Assembly: GCA_030704615.1 (NCBI GenBank)
Contig: CM060731.1
Span: forward strand, 80,352,001-80,416,000
DNA from: Takakia lepidozioides
Lineage: Eukaryota; Plantae; Bryophyta
DNA: 64,000 bases
Reading direction: 5' to 3'
Below are positions 32,631 to 45,500 of the stretch, piece by piece. Below the pieces are notes generated by a model. That model ran no database searches. It was not told the origin of the DNA and saw only the letters and a list, made by a program, of their open reading frames with translations. Position numbers and translations under genes: made by a program. Numbering within the stretch: position 1 is the stretch's first letter; each line of letters starts with the position of its first letter.

Positions 32631-33702
32631 TCATTGAGAGCCTGTGCCAGAACAAGTATCATCAGCGTCATATTCTATTAAAGGGTCGTCGTCCTCGCAA
32701 GAGTCGACACCATGCGGAGCGTGCCCATTGCCAAAAGCTCTGATGTGGTCTTTGAGAGACCGTTTGTGCTTGAAGTCTGAGCCACAGGTGCAGAACCAGA
32801 ACATGCCACAGTTCTTCTCATGAGTGCGCCAATCGCCTCGGACGGCAAAGGCCTTGCTGCACTTGCGGCAAACAAATGGTTTGATGCCATGCTTTCTCTT
32901 GTAATGTGTCTGCAACGTGCGGAAATCTTTCAGGGGCTTGGCACGCGGATGTTCAATACTGTTGCGGCAACCTTCGGCACAGCAATAGCAAGGCAGTCTA
33001 AGCATGGCTGTTGGCTGCGTGCCCCGTAATGATTCCGGACCTTTTCTATGTTGTGATCCGTGGCCCCACATGTGCATCTGCAGTCAAGTTGTACCACAGT
33101 TCGTCAGATCTAGATTATCCAAGTTATGCAATTACGAACTCGTAATGTTTTTTGAAGCTCCAAGTTCGCAGTGACATGATGTAGTGAAGAACTGCAAAAG
33201 ACAACTGATCATACAAGGCCTGCCGCAAAGAAAAAGTGCTAACCTGCATGTTGTTGAAGCGATTGAATGTCTTGCTGCAGACTGGACATGAAAATTGTGT
33301 AGGCCCAATCAGAATCTGTGCTGGAGTAGGAATCCAGTAGTGGCCTTCAGGCAACCGTCCTCGTCCCCGCTGAAATCGATCGTTCTCGGCACTAAGGGCG
33401 TGATACCCACCACCCTCATCTTTCATTCCCAAGATCAAAGCATCCGATGATGGGGGTCCAATACGAAGTGCAACTGAACATACATTGTCATCAGAATGTT
33501 CACATGCATTACAGTCTGATACTAGTAAGGCACTTCTCACCGCCGAAGAGTACTCTGGCTGGTGATCAAAGGTACTTGGGAGACTCAAGCTCAGGAACGG
33601 TAGCAGATCAGGAGAGGGGACAGAGAGAGAGGACACAAATCGCAGATCACGAGGAGAGGACACGCACCGCTGCCATTGAATGCAACCACCATTTCGATCC
33701 AT
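32631..33702 (-). CDS. WIP: WIP-domain C2H2 zinc-finger transcription factor, copy A (derived N-terminus), about 301 aa
   Basis: Exons 33702-33244 and 33077-32631 with a GT-AG intron at [26 protein letters not shown]...HMWGH...HYKRKH...HEKNC...HIRAFG. The open frame is intact; the start codon is less certain. Confidence 0.85.
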
Positions 33703-35281
33703 GACCTCGACTCAAGCTAAACTGTGGACACATATCCTCGGGAAACGACTCCAAGTTATATATGTGAACAGTACATAGAGTAGTGGGAGGACAGATGGGC
33801 ACTCTATATTAGTTTAACCGACAAGAGAGTCAATGTGTCCGACCAAATGTCTGCCGAGTGTCTGCAGCTCTTTAACACTGCCATTGATTCTATGCCACAC
33901 AAGGAAGAGTGCGGAACCTAGTGCACAGCTTACCTGGAGCAAAATAATATATCTAACACAGTTCTAACAAATTTGTTTTCTCTCCCCACTCTCTCTCTCG
34001 CTCCCTAACTCTTCTCTTTCGTATATTATATATGTCTTGCTCATGAGGGTGGGGCCGTACAGCTCAATATTTAGCAAAGACAGACTGACCTGGGAGACAA
34101 GTTCATGACAAATGTTGGTGCACTGCAGGGCATCTTCGAACGACAATTTCTGCAACACTGAACAACTTTCTTCCAAACATGGAATCATCCAGCGCAGTGA
34201 ATACTTGCATTTCATATTCATCACCGAGTGGCTGGCCGCTAAAAGTAGAAAGGACGACTTAGGGTCTGTATATAATGTTTGTTCTGTGTTGTAAACCGAT
34301 CATGCCGTTGCAATCCAGTCCAGAACTTATTAAATTACTATTTTAGTCTACAGATACAGACTCGTATCAATTTTTGCTTCGAAAATTGTAGTCTCGTGCT
34401 GTCTCGTGAACACTCACCCTCACTGTCCCATAAGAGCCATGGTCCTTGAATCACATGGCCACACAAGGTTATTTTGTAGGGGAGACATGTTGCAGGCTGG
34501 CCCGGCGTCTAGAGTGTTCAGAAGCAGCTCGGAATTCTCTTTTGGCTTGTCCAAACTCGCAACCTTCAATTGAAAGTAGTTCTCCTTCATGCAGAACTGG
34601 CTTGATTGACCTATATGTACATCTAGATTGGGGTGCTTCTTCTGAAATGACAGGTGCAACCAAGAAGATTGAATGTCACTGCTACCAGTGAATTAAATGA
34701 AGATGTTGCACTGGTTGTTAAACAGAAAATCAAGAAACTATGTTTACCTATTCTTCACAGACATATGGTGCGCAACGCCCATACTCGCCATTGAAAACGA
34801 TAATATCTCCACTGGTGTACACAATTGAAAACGATTTTTTAACGATCAAGGTCTGCCGCGCCATCATGTGGAGACAGATTTAGGGGGCCCACATGTGAAT
34901 TTGAAGAGAGAGATGACAGTCAACCGATCGGTAGTTGGTGGGTACAGCGGAGTTGAATATGGCACATAAGTATGATCGGGGTTGTGCAAAGAGCTTACAG
35001 TATTTGGCAGCGTCGTTGAGCACTCACATAAGGATGTCCGAACATTTATTTTGCTCAGTACATGCAGTCTACACGAGCTACATTTTGTTGAATATATGTG
35101 ATCGCTCAAGTGTTCCAGGTTATGGTTCAGCCGCTTCCTAAAGAGAAGTACATCGACAGTACGCACAACGTCTAGATTCAACTTGAAAAGCTAATTTGCA
35201 ATTTTGCACTTCGTAACAGCTACATCAATCCAGCAATGCAGACAGATAGGCAGGTTTAGAACCCAATTACCCAGACGAACA

Positions 35282-35670
35282 TAATGATATTGAGAACCAG
35301 ACCCCACTGATGGAGTTCATTTAAACGTCTGCAAAGAATCTTCACTCTTTTGAGGTTGTCGGACCAAGCAGCGATGAATCGATACAAATATCTGAATTAT
35401 TAGAGAGTAGTATATAAAGCATGTGGTGCCAGCTGGGTACCATGATCCAGAAACATTCGCACTGAAAGGGCACTGGACTAATGGGGTCCAGAAGGAATAT
35501 CTTATCTTCGTACATCTAGTAGCATGGATCTCCCTTACGCTGTCAAAGTATTACTATGCTAACATATTTTAATATTCTTCCTTCAGAAATCTCTCGAGTG
35601 ACCTCTTTTGGACCTGCATCTTTTTTCTGAGCTCCCCCACTGTGTCAGAGTGCTCTCATTGAGCTGTAAC
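35282..35670 (+). pseudogene. Duplicated, decayed copy of the RLK last exon and 3' UTR
   Basis: Matches 30246-30590: AATGAYATTGAG..ACCAGA..CCCCACTGATGGAG, CTTTTGAGG..GGACCAAGCAGC, and identical CTGTGTCAGAGTGCTCTCATTGAGCTGTAAC at about 30557 and 35640. Confidence 0.8.
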
Positions 35671-37473
35671 GTACACAAATGCACAAAGCTGCGGAGTCAT
35701 CAAGCATTTCACGCTTGTTACATAATAGTCACTGTGTTCTCATTCCACTTGCAAAGATTCCAACTGTACGAAAATCTCGGCAACATCTCAATAGCTAAGT
35801 GCTACATGCGTGTCACTAATAAAATGGCGGCATGGGGATTTCTAACCCGGGGAGGCATAATAGTGGGATACCGCAGGCCCAGGTAGTAGCGTAGTCAACA
35901 TCATTCGACTTGCAATCTTATTATCAATTGCCTTAAATCGAAGTTCAATACACGTGTACGATTCAATATTCATGTACAACTGTTGAGAAAAATTGGGCAC
36001 TAAACTTCCTGCGCGTGTCTTGAGGATCTGGAGGGCACATCCAGTGAATGTTGCACGTACTAGGCCTAGTGTCACGAGAAAGAGCAAAGTTTGTGATTCA
36101 CGCTGAGCTTGATTCATCAAGTTATTCCGTACATTTGCACACAGTAGGTTTTGTACTAAATTGACAGAATATCGGGAACTGTAGAAGGGATATTTGAGAC
36201 TAACTGGCTGAAGGGGCAGGAGTTATATTGGTCAACGACCTGTACTTCTGTCTTCGAGATGCAGACTTGAATGCATAGAGTATATATCGTCTTTCTCGAA
36301 TTGAGAAGGGAAGGTGTTACAGTGGCGGTCCTAATATTTTGCTAAGGGAAACATGATGTTACTCCCAGCTCATGAGATCCATCTATCGACATTTTCATTA
36401 TATAAAGCCTGAAGGCCGTGAGCAGAGTCTGAAAGAGAGTTTCTTTTGGCCAGGGGTAAAGACCTTTCCCAATGTACAAGTCAAAAAAGTTGTTTTACGT
36501 TCCAATTCCTCCAGTTCCTCCTTTATTTTAAAAGTCACAGGCAACTGTACCTGCGGGAAACAATCACATGACATAGCGCCCCTCGAACAGTCACACAAAC
36601 ATTGTCATCTCTCCAATTGCTGAGGATGAAATTAGAAAAAGAGAAACTAGATGAAGACGTAATGTCCAGTACAGAGAACGGAGCAGCCATGAAGCAGGGG
36701 CAGGTTTGAACTAGCAACAACCTGAGCAATCAATCATATTTTCAGTCCTTGAGAAGCTTCTCAAGACAAAGAATCCAAGCGAAAGTATTTCTTGGCTTAA
36801 AGGAGCATATAATGATTCGCTTCAATGGTCAAATATTTCCAGCTTTCATGTTCCCACTCAAATAACACAAAATCTAGGCACCATGCAGCAGGGGGGCGGT
36901 GCTGTTCTCTGCCCTCCCTCCTAACGACTCAGGTGTGAATCATGTTGTGACAGTAGAAAAGAAATATAGGCAACAAAAACTGTAGATCAGCTGGGCTCCA
37001 GGGGAGGGAATCTGTAGTTGCTAAATCTGCAATCACAGAAGAAAATACAAGATGCAGACATCTTAAACATGAGTCGAGTTCTCACAGCTCTGCAACCTTA
37101 GATCAGGCAGACATTTGTACGAGGCATACAGCTTGTAAACCATGCAAGATCTCAACTTAAACTCCCGAAGACAGGATGCGTATAGATCACATTTACAACA
37201 TGTGGGCGACCTTGTGTTCACCAACTTTCCAATTAACACTACCTACTTTACCTGACTACTTCATGGGAGTTTGACATGTTCATTTACATCAAGAAGTTTA
37301 CATGTGACTGGAAGTCTGAGAAGTTATTTCCCGAACGTCCAAATACTCACTAGCAAGCATCTCTCTAAATCATGTTAGAAAGAAAGAAACAGAAAAAAGA
37401 GAGGACTTGCTAGTTACTAGGTACTGCTTACAGCTAAATGCAACTTAGCGTACACTTAATCCTTGGTCCCTAG

Positions 37474-38620
37474 TCATTGGGAGCCACCCGAAACATCATC
37501 CTCAACGTCCTCCTCTGTTACAGCGTCATCCTCATCGCAAGAATCAACACCATGCGGCGCGTGCCCGTTGCCAAAAGCTCTAATATGGTCCTTAAGAGAC
37601 CGTTTGTGCTTGAAGTCTGAGCCACAGATGCAGAACCAGAGCTTGCCGCAGTTCTTCTCATGTGTTCGCCAATCACCCCGAACGGCGAAGGCCTTACTGC
37701 ACTTGCGGCACATGAACGGTTTGATCCCATGCTTTCGCTTGTAATGCGTCTGCAATGTTCGGAAATCCTTAAGTGGCTTCGCACGCGGATGTTCCACATT
37801 GTTTCGACAACCTTCGGCACAGCAATAGCAAGGCAGTCTAAGCATGGCTGTTGGCTGTGTGCCGCGCAATGACTCCGGACCTCTTCTATACTGCGATCCA
37901 TGGCCCCACATGTGCATCTGTAGACACCGCCCAAGATTACCACATTTCGTCAGATCTAGGAAGGAGTTTCAGTACCTTAATGTTATGTGTAAATTTGAGC
38001 ACCGTCTGGTGTTTAGAGTTGAGCAAAATCACATTGTCATGTACAGGCTGTCAAAAAATGCTAACCTGCATGTTGTTGTAGCGGTTGAATGTCTTGCTGC
38101 AAACTGGACACGAAAACTGTGTAGGTCCAACCAAAATCTGCGCTGGTGTGGGAATCCAGTATTGTCCCTCTGGCAGCCGTCCCCGTCCCCGTTGAAACCG
38201 GTCTTTATCTGCAGCACTGAGGGCATCATACGCACCCCCATCCGCCCTCCCCAAGCTCACGGCATCCGACGAAGGAGGTCCAATACGGAGTGCTACTGTC
38301 ACATTGTCATCAGAATCTTCACACGGTTTGCAATCTGGTAGTAGAATGGCAGTTCTCACCGCCGGGGAGTCTGGCTGTTCATGGGGGGCGGCACTTGGAA
38401 GACTCAAGCTCAGAAAAGGTAGAAGATCAGGCGGGGACACATATCGTTGCCATTGTTCACAGTGGCTTTGTGCTGCTTGGTAATACTGTTGGTGTGGGTG
38501 CTGGTGAGAGTGATGTGGGTTCTGAGCGGGACCTAGGAACATGTGATTGTGATGTGGGAACATTGTGTATGAACATGTGCCTGGATGTGAGTAGAAGGAG
38601 ACTTCAGAGACTTCAGACAT
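37474..38620 (-). CDS. WIP: WIP-domain C2H2 zinc-finger transcription factor, copy B (canonical), 332 aa
   Basis: Exons 38620-38066 and 37917-37474 with a 148-bp GT-AG intron. Canonical [52 protein letters not shown]... and a His/Gln-rich N-terminus. Confidence 0.95.
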
Positions 38621-38875
38621 GTTATCTCAAGGGATTTCAGGGAATCATAACACAAGTCTATACCTAAGCTCACAGACAAGTATGCTTCAAAGGCAGAGGA
38701 GCCAAGCAGAGACTGCTGTGGTGGTGCTCTCAACAGATGACGCTGTCTTCCGGAGAGAGTGGAAGACTTACATACTTCCTTTTAATACTCAGGTAAATGC
38801 CGCTCCGTTGAGCACTCGTGGGAAAGAGGAACAAGCCAGACGACAACGCGACTTGCAGAGTACGCAGTGCAAAGA

Positions 38876-38893
38876 TGTCGGACGCAGCCGACA
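38876..38893. promoter_or_regulatory. Candidate auxin response element pair TGTCGG-N6-CCGACA
   Basis: Inverted pair of the high-affinity ARF half-site, about 260 bp upstream of the WIP copy B ATG. Confidence 0.5.
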
Positions 38894-39229
38894 CGCTGAC
38901 AAGAATGCCAGATCATGCAGCACAGCATCTTCTCCCACGACGTTCATTCCACGGTCCCGATGCAACCCCGCCCGCATCCCCTTCTCGCATTTGCCTCATC
39001 TCTTTCGCCATTCCTATCCGTCTTCACCCCCATCCTTCATCCCTTCTTAATCATCTCTCGCAACACAAATATCTGGCCTTCGCACCGCCCACATGGATGA
39101 AGGACCCGGCAAGTCGTGCACGCGGCTCACTCCGGCTAAACTGTGGCGATGTACCTCAACACAATAAAGGCCTCCGATTTCTATATGAGAAGAAAGCATA
39201 GAATAGTGCGAGCACAGTGCGTATTCTAT

Positions 39230-39346
39230 ACTAAAACCGACAAGAGAGTCAATGCTTCCGACCAAGTTTCTGCCACTCTTACACTACTTTTGATTCTCTG
39301 CCGCTGCAAGCAACAGTGTGGAACCTTGTGTAAAGCTTACCTGGAG
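39230..39346. promoter_or_regulatory. Conserved WIP upstream module containing TGTCGG (other copies at about 33815-33940 and 40475-40580)
   Basis: AAACCGACAAG.(10-13).CCGACCAA.T.TCTGCC...AGCTTACCTGGAG is present three times. Confidence 0.55.
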
Positions 39347-40211
39347 CTCCCTCACTCTTCTCTTGTATACGTGTTTGTGTGTGTGTGGGTGCCCGTGCGC
39401 GTGTGAGGGTGGACCACGCAGCGCCATAGCACGTACATCAGACAGATTCCTGGTGCAAAAGCAGCAAAGTCCAACCAAATACTACATGGCACTTTTGCCT
39501 CCTCACTGATCGAAGTGTGAGATTGAAATTTGGATTCGTTTAGAATAGCGAAATTGTAGCGTCGAGGAGTGAAGTGGACCGGATCAAAAGGAACTCCATC
39601 CCGCCACTGCCACAGAAACTTATTCCATTTGTTTTGGCGCTACTACAAATTTGGCACTGGAAATTTGCCATTGCTTCGCCTCTTGTAGTCCCTGGATAGC
39701 GGTAGAAATTTAGCGGTGGTTTGCGTATGGGTGCCGGGGATGCATCCTGTGTTCAGGAAATGGAAGCAAAGAGGGGTATTAATGAAGAAAAAATGACCCA
39801 GACAACTCAGTAGGCCACACTAGGCACCCACATTTCTCCTCGTGTAGCAATCGAGGCCAGATGTCAACTGACCGATAGAAAATGGTTGAGCGAGCCTTTA
39901 GAGTGATGCCAGAGAAGTATTGACCTGGTGGACAAGAATGACAAATGTTGGTGCAGTGCAGAGCATCTTCGACTCTTTCTGCAACACTTCAGACAAGGAA
40001 TCATCCAGTGCAGTGAATACTTGCTTTTCATGTCCTTTTATTGCTCCTCATTGTACTCACGTACTAACGTACTAACCCGCACTCTGATGGTTGGGATTGT
40101 CCATGGTGAACGCACACAATTTCCGCAGGTTTTTGCAACTGGACTTCAAAACCATCCGAGAGTGTGTCCTTTGCTCTCTCATCATTCTCATCATCATTAG
40201 CTAGAAGCTAA

Positions 40212-40935
40212 CCAAACACCCGAACGGCGAGGCCTTACCGCACTTCAAATGCTCATACTGCGCCATTGGCATACTTGCAGAACTCAACCCTCCACCATTA
40301 TTGAAAATGATTTTTGGGCGCCATACATGTAGAGACAAGTTTAGGGTGAATGGGAAAGGCTATCCATTGACTCCCGCCAAAAGCTAGCTACTTTCTACTG
40401 GGGACAATAAAGGACTCCGAGTTATATGTATGAGTTAAACATAGAATACTGGAAGAACAGTGAGAAATCTATATTAAAACCGACAAGGAAGTAAATGTCT
40501 CCGACCAAGTGTCTGCCACCCGCACACTACTTTTGATGCTCTGCCAAAGGAAAACAACCTTGTGCACAGCTTACCTGGAGGTCGGTTATACAGAGACTAT
40601 CAAATATATTTTCTCTCTCACCCTCTTCATCGCACGTTCAGAACATCCTCCTCCCTCACACTGATGAGTACGAATCTAGGACGAGGAACGAAAATTATTA
40701 GGGTCCACATGTAGGCAAATTGTGGCCCAATTGCAATGAAAAGCAGTGCGAAATTACCTGTCAAGACCGGATAGAAACAGGAGCGTGAGTGTAAGTGATG
40801 GCGGGGAGGAGTAATCTGGGAGACAAGAATGACAAATGTTGGTGCAGTGCAGAGCATCTTCGACAATTTCTGCAACTCTGCAACGCTCTTCCACGCATGG
40901 GAATCATCCAGCGCAGTGAATACTTGCTTTTCATG
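40212..40935 (-). pseudogene. Relic of a third WIP duplication unit
   Basis: 40212-40246 matches WIP exon 2 (CCCGAACGGCGA.GGCCTTAC.GCACTT, compare 37678-37704). It is followed by copies of the upstream blocks: 40410-40580 (like 33748-33940) and 40815-40935 (like 34088-34215 and 39922-40031). Confidence 0.65.
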
Positions 40936-41610
40936 TTGTTTTATTGTTCTTCACCAGCACGCACTGCGGATTGTTTATTGCTCCCCGCTAGATATACATA
41001 TACAATATACACACACAGTCCACCCTCTCTAATTGTTTGTCAAATTGAGCTAGCAGTTGGAAATCGCTTAACAGATCTGTTTGCTTATCTGAACATCTAC
41101 CAATCAGTATGTCAATATCAATGGCAAACTTGTGTAAATGTAGACTCTCTACTCGGACTCACATCCAATGGGGTCGTAACCCAAAATCATATCATAGGTT
41201 ATTTTGTGTTAAAAATCAGGCCTTCTCAGATGAATCTACACCCACAACAATGCCATACTAATGCCTTGTAGATCCTGCCATCGTTATAGGTGACTTGTAC
41301 AAGGAGCCTCCAAGTGGAGATAGAGCCCTCTTAGAAAGAAAGGGAAATGAAAAGACAACAAAGCCAATGAAACCAATCTAGCATCTGCTGTTGCCTCAAG
41401 TAGATCAGACAAGTGTATCAGGGTTCTATCACTGCTTTGCAAAGCACATCTCTCGTGACATTATGGTTCTAGTCGAATTTTGTGACATCAGAAGATCTTT
41501 GCTCAACATCACTTGAGTTGATAAAAAGTTTACTTGTTCTCGACCAGTGTGCAGAAGATGGAGTGTGCTTCACCTAACCCCCGAATCTTACACTCGTTTC
41601 TAAACTCACA

Positions 41611-41834
41611 CAAACACTCAGTAGCTGAGTTAGTTAGTGCGCTGAGTGCTCCCCAGATGTTTCGGGGGTCAAATCCTGCTACCTTGATGGGTGTGGTATG
41701 TTCATCTCTCCCAAGCCTAAGCCTCACGGGGAGGTTATTGTGAAGAGGTTATTTTCTCCTCTCACTATAATTAAGCTGGGGCCGGAATTGTGAGCTGTCG
41801 CTCCCGGTGTTTCCCTTTAAGAAGAGAAAAAAAA
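41611..41834 (+). mobile_element. tRNA-derived SINE
   Basis: A-box-like GTAGCTGAGTTAGTTAG (41621), B-box-like GGGTCAAATCC (about 41666), an A-rich tail, and an imperfect TSD AAA(C/A)TCACA at 41602-41610 and 41832-41840. Confidence 0.7.
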
Positions 41835-42177
41835 ATCACAGTTTGGTTGCTGGCCCTTAACATCCCAAGTGACCCAATTTTGTGGGTCCTCTAAGGCAAT
41901 GCCACACCTACATTTTGAAAGTAATTTTCTCAATTATAGAATTTTCTGGACATTGTGGGGCAATAGCATGGTAGCCACACCGTGACATCTGCCATTCAAA
42001 AAGCTTGGAAAAATCCCACCTCTTGGAGGAAGCTTGGACATTTTCACCCATAGAAAGCAGCCCATAGGACAAAAAGTCATATAGACCAGCGATTTGGCAA
42101 GCTGGTAGTCATTGCACCAATACATTAGAATTTGTGGGTCTATCTCAAGCTCAGTAAAATTAGGGAAAGCCAACCTT

Positions 42178-42241
42178 TTTTTTTCTTCTTTTTAAGAACA
42201 GGGGACAGAGGCCCTTGAGAAATTTATTAATAAAAACTGAG
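42178..42241 (-). mobile_element. Extremely 5'-truncated LINE 3' end, about 64 bp
   Basis: The minus strand has AATAAA then an A-rich tail. 11-bp TSD AAGCCAACCTT at 42167-42177 and 42242-42252. Confidence 0.75.
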
Positions 42242-42510
42242 AAGCCAACCTTGTTGTGTTGGTCCAACTCAAATTCCACGTCCATGAGAAACATTATAAT
42301 ATTTTTCCACTATGGGATCATGCCACCTTTGGAGATGCGATGCATATTTGAACTAGGCTCAATGTTACACGGAATTTGTGGATGAGTGGTGGTAGGTAGT
42401 TGCACTGTAAGTTAAATGGGGTAGTTTTCCCCTAACACTTACTATGGATAGATTAGGTACAACCCCGAACAGCCATCCAGGCAAAGCTTGAAACTAACCA
42501 TGCTAGAACC

Positions 42511-45500
42511 CTAAGTCTGAGAGAAGGATAGAGGAAGAATGTTGTTGCATAGCTTCCAGAGGAAGGCCAATGTTTTAGCAGACCTCTGCTTCAGCCAAAC
42601 ATCCTTCCACATATATTTCCAGGCCCCCACAGAAACTACCAATGGTTCCCATTTGGCCGATAATTTGGCAGAAATGGAGAAGGTAGTGCGTTGCATCTTG
42701 TAACCTATTTTTGCCGAGTAAGTAAAAAATGGCTTTGTGGTGTCCTGGATGCACCAAGCCCACTCTCCAGGATCCCATTGGAGTTGAGATAATGGAAGCA
42801 TGAGGAACCAGAACACTGAAATCGCCTGGCCCCATTGGTCATACCAGCACCGTTGTAATTGGGGTTAGTAAAGCCCATGGAGTCAATGATCCTAACTACA
42901 AAAGTGGAGTCAGCATGGCAAGCAATGAAACCCAAAGACATCAGGGAGCCATCTGGGCTGGCAGTAAAACCAATATCACTGGCAGCTCCATTAAGAACTT
43001 CTGAGATGTATATAATGCTGGCTGGGGAGCCCCCCAAACAACCCCGCCAGGCTGGGGGACTCCACTGCTCACGACCAGAAGTCAGGAGAGATGACCATCT
43101 CAGTTTAACTGCATCAGAGATCACCGGCCCTGTTAAGAGATAATGGGTGGATTTTACCTGACCAGCAGGCCCAGGGCATCAAGTCATTACCAGCCCAAAC
43201 ATCACTTACAAGGGAGATCCTTGCACGTTCCCAGACAGCCCACTTAGCAGAACATGAAGCCAGTGCCTCGCTGTCTAGTTGTAAATTCCCGAAAATGGGC
43301 TGCCGCACTGCTTCATCCCAGGAGTTGGGAGGTTTTTGGTAAAGAAATTCCCGCAGACGCATCCAAGCACACCAGATAGCATGTCAGGCCAAAGCTCCCA
43401 CTAATTGTTTACGGTTCTTGGAGCCTCCTTGGAACATCCAACGCAAACTGGGCCTCCAGGCAGGGCTGGAGGATGGAAACGATCTAAGCACGTTATTCCA
43501 AAGCAAATATTTCCAAGGCCAAGCCGAAGGCAAGAAGGAGCGGAGAATCCATTTCCCTAGCAGCGCATCAATTTCTTTACCTAGATCTAAAATGCCAATC
43601 CCCCCATCCTTTTTCTTTAAACACAGTTGTGACCAGGAAACCAGCGCACGTTTGGAGGTCGTTGCATCCAGTGCTCCCCAAAGAAAATTTCGAATCATGG
43701 CTTTAATGGATTTGAGGCGAAGTAATGAACCGAATAGATTTGAATGGATTTGAACCGAAGTAATGAACCAAATAGATGCAGATAAGACTTGATTAACCAC
43801 CAAAGCCCGACCCGCAATGGAAAGTCTGGCCGAGCCCCAGTAGGAGAGCTTGGACTTGAATGAGCAAAGAACAGGGGCAAAACGTGACTGTTGAGAGAGA
43901 TTATGCCCGATTAGATGACCCAAAAGTTTACACGAGTCACCCTCAGGTAACCAGCAGAGTCCTATATCCTCCCCCCAAGCGGGCAGGTGAGTAGCAGATG
44001 AATTATGAAGCAAAGATAAAATACTAACTGATTTAGACCAATTTACTTTGAAACTCGAGGCTAAACAAAACCACTCAAGGGTGTTAAAGAAAGCCTCAAT
44101 CATGAGGCGGTTGTCATTATGGAGATAGAAAACGGTGTCATCTGCACACATAGAGAGCGTTAGATTGAAAGGAGAAGGGGAGTTAGGGATGGATGCTACT
44201 GAGAGTCCATAAGATGCCCCAAACAATCAGCTGCAATCAGAAATAAAAAGGGGGAGAGGGGACAGCCTTGACAAATAGATCTTTGTAGAGGAAAGGATTT
44301 GGAGAGGAACCCATTGGTCATGACGCGACTGGAAGCAGATTTTAACCCAAGCCAGAAATTGAGAGTGTATACCTGAACATTGAATGGCCATAAGGAGAAA
44401 TTTCCAATTTATTCTATTAAAGGCTTTTTCAAAATCAAGAAGAAGCAAGGCCAAAGGCTGATTGGAGTGCTCAGCAAAAGCCAATGCTTCATTAGCTAGA
44501 ATGATATTGTCGAGTATCATTCTTTTCCTGACGAAACCAGTCTGAGCAGGTCTAATGAGACAAGGTAAAAGCAATTGAAGGCGCCGGGCCAGAGTTTTCG
44601 CAATAATTTTATAGGACACGTTTAAAAGGGTAATGGGACGATAATTAGCGATGTCCGCCCGATCCCCTTTCTTAAAAATTAAAGCAATAACTCCCTGCGA
44701 TAACTGAGATGGCATGATATTCTTTGCCAGAATGTCATTGGCCATGACTAGGAAATCATTAGAGATAGTACCCCACAGGGCTTGGTAGAATTCTGCAGGC
44801 ATACCATCTATGCCGGGAGATTTCAGATGTTTCAATTCGGCCAAAGCATCCCCCAATTCAATATCAGTGAAGAGCAAATTCAGATTGTCACTTTGGGCTC
44901 CAGATAGGATTACTGGAATTCTGCTGCAAACAGATGCCCTGGCATGACGCATGATGGTAGACTCCTCATCAGCCGAGTAAAGAGACCTAAAGAAATCTTC
45001 AACAATGGACGATAATTTCTTAGGATGAGAGTGTGAATCACCATAGGGATCCTTAAGGACCGGGATGGATTGGGCCGCCATCCGTTGCTTGGCTTTTAAG
45101 AAAAAATATCTACTCATTTTTTCTCCCTGTAGAGACCAATTAATCCCAGCCTTGACCTTCATGAATTGATCTGTGGAGATCTGCAAGAGGCTGAGACATC
45201 GTTTAGCCTCTGAATATGAAACAAGGGTTTGAGGCCCATAGTGATTACGCTCTATCCTCTTTTGGCAAACAGAGAGACATTTCAACAAAGCCTTTTCATA
45301 TCTAATATTCTCCTCTGCCATTTCCCTGGCCAAGGAGATGCCTAGCTTTCTACAAGCCTGCAGTTTACCCAAAAATCTAAGGGTTGGCGAAGAAAAGAAA
45401 TTAGAAGAGCCGATCCATCATATTTTCAAGGCCTCTAGGTATTTAGGGACTTTTAAAATGTTTACATTAATCCTAGTGAAGCCACGGCCTCTAACCTTTG

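Noticed and set aside
41615-41690. Functional tRNA gene
   Set aside because: The A/B boxes are degenerate and I can build no cloverleaf. The A-tail and TSD indicate a SINE.
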